Shown: positions 8,472 to 16,908 of the stretch, in pieces
How the letters are laid out: each line of letters starts with the position of its first letter
How positions within the stretch are numbered: the first letter of the stretch is position 1
From: an uncultured Deferribacteres bacterium
Lineage (GTDB): Bacteria > Zhuqueibacterota > Zhuqueibacteria > Zhuqueibacterales > Geothermadaptataceae
NCBI GenBank assembly: GCA_964014485.1
Contig: CAXHAT010000164.1
Location: 1 to 17,671, forward strand
Direction: 5' to 3'
DNA length: 17,671 nucleotides
Notes under the pieces: generated by a model
The model's input: the letters and a program-made list of their open reading frames with translations, nothing else
Told to the model about the DNA's origin: nothing
Database searches by the model: none
Made by a program: the position numbers and the translations under genes

Positions 8472-8515
8472 CAAGGCTTAACCGCGGACGCCCTGAACTT
8501 TGGAAAAGTAAATTC

Positions 8516-9685
8516 ATGAATAACACGCAAACGTTCATCACCTTCTTGCTCATTATTTTATCAACGTCTTGTATGGCGCAGGATGACGTTTTGATAAAAA
8601 CTTACGGGGGCAACGGCTCTGATCGAGGCATTCATATTATTCAGGCTTCGGACAGCAATTTTGTTGTTGTCGGCAACACGACGGTAGAAGGGAAAAATTT
8701 GGACGTTTACCTTTTAAAATGCAACAGTTCCGGCGATACATTGTGGACGCGAAAATTTGGCGGGCCGGAAGATGACAATGGCTGGAGTATAAAAGAAACT
8801 TCAGACAGGGGCTACATTATTACTGGATTCACCGAAAGTTACGGCGCCGGCAAAAACGATGTCTTGCTCATGAAAACAGACGTGAATGGCGTCGAGCAAT
8901 GGAGCAAAACTTTCGGCGGTTCAGGTGATGACATTGGCTGGTCAATAGCAATAAATGATGATGGCGGGTTCACGATTGCAGCGCAAACCGACGGTTACGG
9001 CAACGGAGAACTGGACGCCTACTTGATCAGAGCGGACGCGAATGGCGACACGTTGTGGACCAGGACTTTTGGAGGCCCGAAAACGGATCGTGTTTTTTCC
9101 GTCGCTTTAGCCGATGACGGAAGCGCCCTATTGGCTGGAATTACCTATTCTTACGGCGCTGGTGATAGAGATGCCTGGCTGCTTAAAACTGGCAGCAGCG
9201 GAGATTTGCTTTGGCAAAAAACTTATGGCGGCCCCGGCTACGATAACGCCCATGGGGTGATTGTGAATAGCGAAAATGAAATCATTTTGACCGGCTACGG
9301 CGATTATTGGGGAAATGAAGAAAAACGGAATATTTTCCTGAAAAAAATCACGATGGATGGGGAAGACGTGTGGACTCAAAAGTACGGCGGGCCGGAGAAT
9401 GATCGTGCCATGACGGTTTTTCAAACCCAAGACAACGGGTATGTTATGACTGGCTTCACCCAAAGTTTTGGCCAGGGCGCCTGGGATGCTTACGTCTTAA
9501 GAACTGATGCAGCGGGAGATACTTTGTGGACCAGCACTTATGGTGCAACGGCTCCTGATTTCGGCTATGACGTCATTCAAAGCGTTCAAGGCGACTATTT
9601 TGTGACGGGGTGGAGTCACAGTTTTGGACAGCCGGAAGGAGGCTTGCTTTTGATTAAGATAATTGATGTTACGCGTCAGTTCTAA
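8516..9685 (+). CDS. Secreted beta-propeller repeat protein
   Basis: ATG 8516 gives signal peptide MNNTQTFITFLLIILSTSCMAQ (ORF-track start 8468 is an alternative). About 7 repeats of W-x-KT(F/Y)GG..D.G..I....DGGY...G.T.S.G.G..D..L.K.D..G. Confidence 0.8.
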   Translation: MNNTQTFITFLLIILSTSCMAQDDVLIKTYGGNGSDRGIHIIQASDSNFVVVGNTTVEGKNLDVYLLKCNSSGDTLWTRKFGGPEDDNGWSIKETSDRGYIITGFTESYGAGKNDVLLMKTDVNGVEQWSKTFGGSGDDIGWSIAINDDGGFTIAAQTDGYGNGELDAYLIRADANGDTLWTRTFGGPKTDRVFSVALADDGSALLAGITYSYGAGDRDAWLLKTGSSGDLLWQKTYGGPGYDNAHGVIVNSENEIILTGYGDYWGNEEKRNIFLKKITMDGEDVWTQKYGGPENDRAMTVFQTQDNGYVMTGFTQSFGQGAWDAYVLRTDAAGDTLWTSTYGATAPDFGYDVIQSVQGDYFVTGWSHSFGQPEGGLLLIKIIDVTRQF

Positions 9686-9708
9686 AATACAAAAACCGAT
9701 TGTTCACA

Positions 9709-9768
9709 TCATTCTCGCGGAGACGGGAATCCAAAAAATCGTGCAAACTTCTGGATTCCTGTCATGAC
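9709..9768. repeat. Degenerate GTCATTCCCGC..GCGGGAATCC-type palindromic element (dRS3/RPE-like)
   Basis: TCATTCTCGCGGAGACGGGAATCCA...TGGATTCCTGTCATGAC; GGAATCCA (9726-9733) pairs with TGGATTCC (9752-9759); right arm internally shortened. Confidence 0.65.
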
Positions 9769-9878
9769 GCGTAGAGCAAAAGCTTTTATTCAAATGCCAT
9801 AGCATTGGCCAATCTCGTAACATCAGTTAAAAAAATCATTTTGACTTCCATAATTTTGTCAAAAACAAAGAGGGAAGA

Positions 9879-10667
9879 ATGGAAACGGAAACCACGACAC
9901 AAACAAACGGCTCGACGAACGGCGCGGAAGTTTTGCTGCAAGCCGTCGATTTGAGCAAGCGTTATGAAGACGGCGTTTTGGCGCTGGATCGCGTGAATTT
10001 TAATGTTAAAAAAGGCGAAGTTTTCGCCATGCTTGGCGGCAACGGCGCAGGGAAAACGACCACGATCAACATCTTCCTGAATTTCATCGAACCGACCGAT
10101 GGCGAGGCGCGCGTGCGAAACGTCGCGACGCACAAGGAGCCTTTGCAAGCCAAGCAAAATTTGGCGTTTGTTTCGGAAAACGTCATGCTCTATCCGAATT
10201 TCACCGCCCTGCAAAACCTCGATTTTTTTGCCCGGCTGGGAGGCAAGACTGAATATTCCAGAGATGATTATCGCAAAGTCCTGCTCCGGGTTGGATTACA
10301 GGAAGAAGCGCACGGCAAGCGTTTGAAAGGCTTTTCGAAAGGCATGCGGCAAAAATGTGGCATCGCCATCGCGATTTTGAAAGACGCACCCGCGATTTTG
10401 CTCGACGAACCGACTTCCGGCCTCGATCCCAAAGCCGGATTTGAATTTATCCGATTGCTGGAAGAATTGCGTGACGAAGGCAAGGCCATCCTTATGTCCA
10501 CCCATGATATTTTCCGCGCCAAAGAGGTCGCCGACACGATTGGCATTATGAACCAGGGACAACTCGTCATGAACGCCCCGCGCAACGAACTCGGCGGCGA
10601 GGATTTGGAGAAATTGTACATGCAGTACATGGCCGGGTATATGGATGAAGCGGCTGTTGTTCAGTAA
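9879..10667 (+). CDS. ABC transporter ATP-binding protein (ABC-2 exporter type)
   Basis: Walker A GGNGAGKTT, signature FSKGM, Walker B ILLDEP, H-loop STHD. Confidence 0.96.
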   Translation: METETTTQTNGSTNGAEVLLQAVDLSKRYEDGVLALDRVNFNVKKGEVFAMLGGNGAGKTTTINIFLNFIEPTDGEARVRNVATHKEPLQAKQNLAFVSENVMLYPNFTALQNLDFFARLGGKTEYSRDDYRKVLLRVGLQEEAHGKRLKGFSKGMRQKCGIAIAILKDAPAILLDEPTSGLDPKAGFEFIRLLEELRDEGKAILMSTHDIFRAKEVADTIGIMNQGQLVMNAPRNELGGEDLEKLYMQYMAGYMDEAAVVQ

Positions 10668-10704
10668 ACAGTGATTAGTAAATAGTACTCACTAAGCACT
10701 GACT
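10662..10704. repeat. Heptamer tandem repeats followed by inverted copies
   Basis: CAGTAAA CAGTGAT TAGTAAA TAGT ACTC ACTAAGC ACTGACT; 10669-10679 pairs with 10691-10701 (10/11). Confidence 0.65.
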
Positions 10705-10735
10705 TGAGTGTCTTGAAAAGATTTGGAGCAAAAGA

Positions 10736-12160
10736 ATGCTGGGTTTATTGATACAAAAAGAACTGAAAGAAGTCATCGGCTCGACGAAATTCGCGGTGAC
10801 GTTCGCCGTGTGCTCGGTTTTGATTTTGTTGGCGTTTTATACCGGCGCGCAAAATTACGAAGTCAGCCGCCAGCAGTATGAAGCGTCGAAGACGGAAAAT
10901 CTGCGCCAGATGGAAGGTCTGACTGATTGGATGATGCTGCGAAACCACCGTATCTTTCGTTCGCCGGAGCCGTTGGCCGCGCTAGTGACCGGCGTTTCGA
11001 ATGATGTTGGCCGCTCAATTACAGTCCGTGGGCAGGGTTCGCTCGCGGCGGAAGATTCGCGCTTTAATGACGAACCGATTTTCGCGGTATTTCGTTTTCT
11101 CGACCTTGATTTTATCTTTCAAATCGTGCTCTCTCTGTTCGCCATTTTGTTCGCCTACGACGCGATCAACGGCGAAAAAGAGCGCGGTACGCTGCGACTG
11201 GTTTTCGCCAACGCCATTCCGCGCGCGAAATTCATTCTTGGCAAAATCATCGGCTCTTTTACGGCGCTGGCCGTGCCGCTGCTGATTCCCATACTTCTCG
11301 GCTGTCTGCTGCTACCGATTTTGGGCGTGCATTTGAACACGGACGAATGGCTGCGCCTCGGCATGGTCATTCTTGCGGGGATGCTCTATTTCGGCGTGTT
11401 TTTGATGCTTTCGGTTTTCATTTCCTCCATCACTCGCCGTTCATCAAGCTCATTTTTGCTTTTGCTTGTTGTCTGGATTTTTTCCGTGCTCATCATCCCG
11501 CGCTCCGCCGTGTTGATGGCGGGACGCGCCGTTGACGTGCCTTCGGTTGATGAAATTGCTTCTCAAAAAAGTCGCCTGAGCCGTCAGTTATGGACGGAAG
11601 ATCGCGAAAAAATGTCTTCGTTCAAGCCAACGGACAGCTCCGATCCACAGAAGATGATGGAAGAGTTTCAAAAGATGATGCAGGATAACGCCGACGAGCG
11701 CGAGAAGCGGATGAGCGACCTTGACGCCAAATTATCGGAAGAGCGCAACAATCGTTTGCGGACGCAGGAAAGTGCGGCTTTCTCTTTTGCCCGAATCTCC
11801 CCGACGGCGGCGTTCTCGTTGGCCGTGACCAATTTGACGGGCAGTTCGACTGATTTAAAACAGCATTTTCTTAATGAAGCGGCGGCTTATCAGCAGTCTT
11901 ACGCTGAATTCATGAAGGAAAAAACCGGGATGAACATCGGCGGCGGCGGGTTTGTATTTCGGATGCGGCATTCGGGGGACGGAGAAGAAGAGGAAGAAAA
12001 ACCCATTGATCCGCGTGAACTGCCGGAATTCAAGTACAGCGGCATTCCAATGGACAAAGTGGTAACTGCCGCCCTGCCGGAAATGGGCATCCTGGCGGTG
12101 TTTAACCTGCTGTTTTTTGCCGGCGCATTTGCGATGTTTATGCGATTTGATTTGAGATAA
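10736..12160 (+). CDS. ABC-2 family permease with large extracytoplasmic loops (DUF3526-like), subunit 1
   Basis: IQKELK N-terminus, YDAINGEKERGTLRL motif, about 6 TM helices, large helical loop, RFDLR C-terminus; GGAG RBS. Confidence 0.9.
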   Translation: MLGLLIQKELKEVIGSTKFAVTFAVCSVLILLAFYTGAQNYEVSRQQYEASKTENLRQMEGLTDWMMLRNHRIFRSPEPLAALVTGVSNDVGRSITVRGQGSLAAEDSRFNDEPIFAVFRFLDLDFIFQIVLSLFAILFAYDAINGEKERGTLRLVFANAIPRAKFILGKIIGSFTALAVPLLIPILLGCLLLPILGVHLNTDEWLRLGMVILAGMLYFGVFLMLSVFISSITRRSSSSFLLLLVVWIFSVLIIPRSAVLMAGRAVDVPSVDEIASQKSRLSRQLWTEDREKMSSFKPTDSSDPQKMMEEFQKMMQDNADEREKRMSDLDAKLSEERNNRLRTQESAAFSFARISPTAAFSLAVTNLTGSSTDLKQHFLNEAAAYQQSYAEFMKEKTGMNIGGGGFVFRMRHSGDGEEEEEKPIDPRELPEFKYSGIPMDKVVTAALPEMGILAVFNLLFFAGAFAMFMRFDLR

Positions 12161-12250
12161 AGAGAAGCGCCCAGAATTCCTTCGTCAAGGGAAGGATGCG
12201 TCGTCGTGGAAAACAGTTTTTGATCATTTTGAAGTGGAGAGAAAACAACG

Positions 12251-13522
12251 ATGTGGACAAACGCACAAAATTCGACAATCGGTCAGATTGCCTTTTTTGC
12301 GGTGATCTTTGCCGTTAATACCTCGCAGGCGCTCGCCCAAGACTGGACGCAATGGCTCGGCCCGAACCGCGACGGACGAATTCCCGCCCAGAGCGTGCCT
12401 GGGACGCTTTCTGAAAAACCCGATTTAATTTGGGAGACGACGGTTGGAGGCGGTTATTCTTCGCCTTTGATTTTTGATGATCAGGTTTTTGTTCACACTC
12501 GAATCGATGAACAAGAAGTTGTCGCCTGTCTGGATTTGAAGACCGGTAAACAAATTTGGCGAAAAACGAACGCCGCGCCAATGCAGCGCAATCAATACGC
12601 CGTCAAGCACGGCAAAGGCCCTTTCGCGACCCCGGCGATCCATTCCGGCAAACTTTTCACCGTCGGCGTAACCGGCGTTTTGACTTGTTTTGACATCAAA
12701 AACGGAAATGTGCTCTGGCGAAAAGTCTACAAGGAATCCGGTTTAAATACAGAGAAATTCTTTTGCGGCAACACTGTCTCGCCGCTGATCTACAAAAATA
12801 TGTGCATCACTTTCATCGGCGATGACGACGCCGGGGCACTAACGGCGTATGACGTCGAGACCGGCGAGGAAGTCTGGAGTTGGAAGGAAGACAACCCCGG
12901 CTACGCTTCGCCAATTCTGGTCACATCAGGCGGCGTCGCACAAATTGTCACGCTGTCACAAAACGGCGTCATCGGCGTTTCCGCGGAAAATGGCAAGCTG
13001 TTATGGCAAATTCCTTTTGTCTCTGAATGGAAAGAAAATATTCCATCGCCGGTCTTTTTCGATGATATGATCATCTATTCTGGCGTCGGGCGAGGAACAA
13101 TGAGCGTGAAGCTTGAAAAAAGCAACGGCGGGTGGAAGACGACGGAATTGTGGCAGAACAAAGAAATTTCAATGTATATGAATTCGCCTGTATTGCACGA
13201 AGCGAAGCTCTTCGGCCTCTCGCAGAAACGGCGCGGTCAATTCTTTAGTTTGGACGCCAAAACCGGAAAAACGTTTTGGACCAACGAGGGCCGAGAAGGG
13301 GCGAACGCCTCCTTGTTTTTGGGCGGTGACTCGTTCTATTCGTTGACGACGGAAGGCGTACTGAAAATATTTGAAGCGACTTCGGAAGCATTTCGGCTTC
13401 GAGGTGAACTTAGTCTCGCGGAAACATCGACCTGGGCGACCCCGGCGTTCGTTGAGAATCATATTTTGATCAAAGCCGGAGAGAATCTCAGGCTGTTTGC
13501 CGCTCCGAGAAAAACGCAATAG
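12251..13522 (+). CDS. Secreted PQQ-binding-like beta-propeller protein
   Basis: Signal peptide ending ALA-Q; DWTQWLGPNRDG; repeated YSSP/ATP...LD.KTGK..W blades. Confidence 0.88.
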   Translation: MWTNAQNSTIGQIAFFAVIFAVNTSQALAQDWTQWLGPNRDGRIPAQSVPGTLSEKPDLIWETTVGGGYSSPLIFDDQVFVHTRIDEQEVVACLDLKTGKQIWRKTNAAPMQRNQYAVKHGKGPFATPAIHSGKLFTVGVTGVLTCFDIKNGNVLWRKVYKESGLNTEKFFCGNTVSPLIYKNMCITFIGDDDAGALTAYDVETGEEVWSWKEDNPGYASPILVTSGGVAQIVTLSQNGVIGVSAENGKLLWQIPFVSEWKENIPSPVFFDDMIIYSGVGRGTMSVKLEKSNGGWKTTELWQNKEISMYMNSPVLHEAKLFGLSQKRRGQFFSLDAKTGKTFWTNEGREGANASLFLGGDSFYSLTTEGVLKIFEATSEAFRLRGELSLAETSTWATPAFVENHILIKAGENLRLFAAPRKTQ

Positions 13523-13596
13523 CTTCCTTCGAAAGGAAAACAGGTTAGGAAGCAATTCCTAAAAGTTGGTATTTCAAAATTAATCGTTCGATAGGC

Positions 13597-13762
13597 GGAA
13601 TCACATCACCACTTCGTGGTTTAGTAGAAGGAAACGACCGATTTTCTATAATCCTACCATCCCTCCGGGATTACGGTACTGAAAAATCCCGAAGGGATAA
13701 AATGATTATAGAAAGGCGGTTCCAAATGGTATGACCAAACTCTGAAAGAGTGACATAATTCC
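13597..13762. mobile_element. Non-autonomous palindromic element with four mini-hairpins (IS200/IS605 Y1-type MITE-like)
   Basis: Inner arms 13643-13672 / 13685-13714 (25/30); outer arms 13597-13622 / 13737-13762 (17/26); each arm holds a 5-bp-stem, 3-nt-loop hairpin. No transposase in the window. Confidence 0.65.
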
Positions 13763-13835
13763 GTTACCAACTTATGGGAATTGCACCCGATAGGTTGTCG
13801 CCTCGCGACAAAACGATAAAAACTGGAAGCGAACA

Positions 13836-15311
13836 ATGTTAAAAACACTCATCGAAAAAGAACTCAAAGCCATCATTCTCAGCCCGAAATTCGCGGCGAC
13901 GTTTGCGGTGTGCGCACTGCTCATCGTCCTGAGCGTATTTGTTGGAATCAAGGAATATAACAACGCCGTTGCGCAGTACGAAACCGTCACCAGCCTAGCG
14001 GAGCAGGAGCTGCGTGAACAGAATTCCTGGAGTTCGCTTGGAACGCGTATTTCGCGAGAACCGGAGCCAATGCAAATTTTTTCTTCCGGCGTACATAATG
14101 ACGTCGGGCGTTTGACGGCGATTTCTTCATGGCAGGAAATCAAACTGCGGAACAGCAATTATTCGGACGATCCGATTTTCGCCGTTTTCCGGTTTGTCGA
14201 TGTGGCGTTTATCGTGCAAATCGTTCTGTCGCTGTTCGCGATTTTGTTTACTTACGACGCAATCAACGGCGAACGCGAGGGAGGAACGCTGCAATTGACT
14301 TTTTCCAACGCCGTGCCGCGCGTGCAGTACATCGTTTCCAAATTTATCGGCTCATGGCTTGGTCTGGTTCTGCCGCTGCTCGTACCTATTCTGCTCGGAC
14401 TGCTCCTGCTCTTGCTTTTCAATGTGCCTTTGACCGGCGATGATTGGGGGAAAATGACGGCCATGATGGGGGCGTCTCTGCTGTATTTTACATTTTTCAT
14501 CGCTTTGGGCATTCTTGTTTCCGCGCTGACAAAACAATCCGCGACCTCGTTTCTGTTCTTGCTTGTCACTTGGGTAACGCTCGTTTTGATCATCCCGCGC
14601 GTGGGCGTAATGGCCGCCGGGCATTTGTACGAAGTGCCGACCGTGGCCGAAGTTGAGGCCAAACGCGACGGTTTTGCCAAAGACAAATGGGAAGAGCATT
14701 TCCAGGGCATGGAAGATCGCTGGAGCGCCCGCAACGTTGAAATGCAAGGCATGGACGAATCTGAGCGCGAAGAATATCGTGACGACAATGAATGGGGGTG
14801 GATGCAGGAAGACGCTGAAGAGCGCAAAAAAGTCACAGCGGAAATTAGCGACTACGGCAGAAAGCTGACCGAAGACCTGCGCAATCGCAAGGCGGAACAG
14901 GAAAAGTTCGGGTTCACAATTTCACGCTTTTCCCCCGCTTCCGCGTTTCAGTTGGCGGTAATGAATCTCGCTGGAACCAACATCGATTTGAAAACGCGCA
15001 ACGAAGACGCGATGGACGATTATCGTACTGCATTCAAAGATTATCGTGATAAGAAACAAAAAGAAAACGGCGGCGGCGGGGGCATCCGAATTTCGATGAG
15101 TTCCGGCGAAAGCGGAGGCGCGTTCAAAATCTCCGGCGACCGCGATCAAGGCACGCTCGACTTGACCGACATGCCAAAATTCGTCGCGCCACAGCACACA
15201 TTCTCAGCGGGCTTTTCCCCGGCGATGACGGATATTGGCCTGCTGAGTCTGTTCACGATCATCGCATTCGCCGCCGCATTCGTTGCGTTTTTGAAGTACG
15301 ACGTTCGCTAA
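13836..15311 (+). CDS. ABC-2 family permease with large extracytoplasmic loops (DUF3526-like), subunit 2
   Basis: Paralogue of 10736-12160: IEKELK, PIFAVFRF, YDAINGEREGGTL, RFSP, KYDVR. Confidence 0.9.
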   Translation: MLKTLIEKELKAIILSPKFAATFAVCALLIVLSVFVGIKEYNNAVAQYETVTSLAEQELREQNSWSSLGTRISREPEPMQIFSSGVHNDVGRLTAISSWQEIKLRNSNYSDDPIFAVFRFVDVAFIVQIVLSLFAILFTYDAINGEREGGTLQLTFSNAVPRVQYIVSKFIGSWLGLVLPLLVPILLGLLLLLLFNVPLTGDDWGKMTAMMGASLLYFTFFIALGILVSALTKQSATSFLFLLVTWVTLVLIIPRVGVMAAGHLYEVPTVAEVEAKRDGFAKDKWEEHFQGMEDRWSARNVEMQGMDESEREEYRDDNEWGWMQEDAEERKKVTAEISDYGRKLTEDLRNRKAEQEKFGFTISRFSPASAFQLAVMNLAGTNIDLKTRNEDAMDDYRTAFKDYRDKKQKENGGGGGIRISMSSGESGGAFKISGDRDQGTLDLTDMPKFVAPQHTFSAGFSPAMTDIGLLSLFTIIAFAAAFVAFLKYDVR

Positions 15312-15413
15312 ACTCTAAAGGAAATTATCCGCAATTTCGCACCTCCGTTGCACGGTCTTAATCTACGGAAACAAGTCGAAAGTATTGTGTTGCGGTTTTT
15401 GCCGAAAAATTTA

Positions 15414-15480
15414 CTTTAAATGCTTGCTCTGGCTGTACACGAAGAGAGACGATTCAGAATTGTAGAACAAGCATTTGAAG
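15414..15480. repeat. 17-bp inverted repeat upstream of the pyrophosphorylase gene
   Basis: CTTTAAATGCTTGCTCT (15414-15430) / AGAACAAGCATTTGAAG (15464-15480), 15/17; GTAG at the inner edge of the right arm. Confidence 0.6.
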
Positions 15481-15489
15481 GACTTTAGG

Positions 15490-16884
15490 ATGAAACAGCG
15501 ATACGAAAACGCCTATGCAAAAGCCGCTGAAGCCGGTCAATCTCATATTTTCAAGTTCTGGGGCGAGCTAAATGAAGCAAGCCGAGAAAGTTTGTTAAGG
15601 CAGGCGGAGAGCATGGACTGGCAGCTTGTGACAAACTTGCAGAACGAGCTGAACCATAAAGATAATTCTTCACAAAACGGCCAGCGTTTTGAACCCGCCG
15701 ACGCCGTCCCGATTTCAAAAACAGATGAAGAAATTCAAACCGCCGAAAGGGTGCGGGGCATTGGCGAGCGCGCATTGCGGGATGGAAAAGTCGGCGCAAT
15801 TCTAGTCGCTGGAGGGCAAGGAAGCCGTCTTGGCTTCGACGGTCCAAAGGGGAAGTTTGAAATCGGGCCGGTGACGAATAAATCACTATTTCAACTCCAT
15901 GCGGAAAAGCTCCTGGCGCTGGGCAAAAAATATGGTGCGAGCATTCCCTGGTACATCATGACCAGCGAGGTCAATAACGAAGAGACTGTCGCGTATTTTG
16001 AAGAGAACCGTCATTTTGGTCTTAAGCCGGATGACGTTTTTATTTTCAAGCAAGGCATGGCTCCAGCGCTTGACGAAAACGGCAAGCTCATTTTAGACGC
16101 TCGCGACCACATTTTCATGAGCCCAAACGGGCACGGCGGCATTTTCAAAGGCTTGCTCGACAGCGGCGCTTGCGATCATATGAAAAACGCCGGACTCGAA
16201 CAGCTTTTCTACTTCCAGGTCGATAATGTTCTGCTCAATATGTGCGATCCGTTGTTTTTGGGCTACCATATTGATCAAACTGCCGAGATGTCGGCGAAAG
16301 TTGTCGCGAAGAGCAGTCCTGAAGAAAAAGTCGGGATTATCGGAAAATTCAACGGCCGCTTGAGCGTGGTTGAGTATAGCGACATGTCGCGAGAAGACAT
16401 GTACGCGACCAATGATAACGGCAAGCTGCTTTTTGATGCCGGGAGTATCGCGATTCATGTTCTTGAACGAAAATTTATCGAAGCAATCGCCAAGGCTGAC
16501 TATGAGCTGCCCTGGCATGTGGCGCATAAGCAAATTCCGTTCGTCGATGACTCCGGAGAACTTGTCAAACCGTCCGACCCAAACGGCCACAAGTTCGAAA
16601 TGTTTATCTTTGACGCGCTGGGATTCGCAGAACACGGCGTGGTGCTTGAGGTCGAGCGCCAGTTAGAATTTAGCCCGGTCAAGAACGCAAACGGCGCTGA
16701 TTCACCCAAAACGGCCCAGCGTGATATGTCAAAATATTTTGCCGCATGGCTTGAAAAAGCCGGATTTTCTGTCGCGCAGGACGCGATGATCGAAATCAGC
16801 GCGCTCTACGCCTTGGATGATGCGGAATTCTTGCAAAAATTTAAGGGCAAGGGGATGATAGAAGGCGGTTTCGCGATTGGTTGA
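15490..16884 (+). CDS. UDPGP type 1 family protein (UAP1-like UDP-N-acetylhexosamine/UDP-sugar pyrophosphorylase)
   Basis: LVAGGQGSRLGFDGPKG, PWYIMTS, SPNGHGG, QVDN, VVEYS, KFEMFIFD, EFSPVKN. ATG 15490 preferred over TTG 15475. Confidence 0.93.
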   Translation: MKQRYENAYAKAAEAGQSHIFKFWGELNEASRESLLRQAESMDWQLVTNLQNELNHKDNSSQNGQRFEPADAVPISKTDEEIQTAERVRGIGERALRDGKVGAILVAGGQGSRLGFDGPKGKFEIGPVTNKSLFQLHAEKLLALGKKYGASIPWYIMTSEVNNEETVAYFEENRHFGLKPDDVFIFKQGMAPALDENGKLILDARDHIFMSPNGHGGIFKGLLDSGACDHMKNAGLEQLFYFQVDNVLLNMCDPLFLGYHIDQTAEMSAKVVAKSSPEEKVGIIGKFNGRLSVVEYSDMSREDMYATNDNGKLLFDAGSIAIHVLERKFIEAIAKADYELPWHVAHKQIPFVDDSGELVKPSDPNGHKFEMFIFDALGFAEHGVVLEVERQLEFSPVKNANGADSPKTAQRDMSKYFAAWLEKAGFSVAQDAMIEISALYALDDAEFLQKFKGKGMIEGGFAIG

Positions 16885-16908
16885 CGAATTACGGTGGCAA
16901 GAAAATAG

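Noticed and set aside
7518..8474. 318-aa minus-strand ORF (likewise 5934-6548, 14252-14836, 16093-16635 and other overlapping ORFs)
   Set aside because: Antisense to well-supported genes, with no recognisable motifs.
8516..9685. DNA-level tandem repeat locus
   Set aside because: The periodicity is explained by diverged protein propeller blades.
12251..13522. bamB or a PQQ dehydrogenase
   Set aside because: No lipobox or bam/der context and no dehydrogenase-specific features; generic propeller family.
9879..15311. gldA/gldF/gldG or nosF/nosY assignment
   Set aside because: The permeases are about 480 aa with large loops, and no gldG or nos genes are present.
15490..16884. glmU or galU symbol
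   Set aside because: No hexapeptide acetyltransferase domain; motifs are of the UDPGP type 1 family and the substrate is uncertain.
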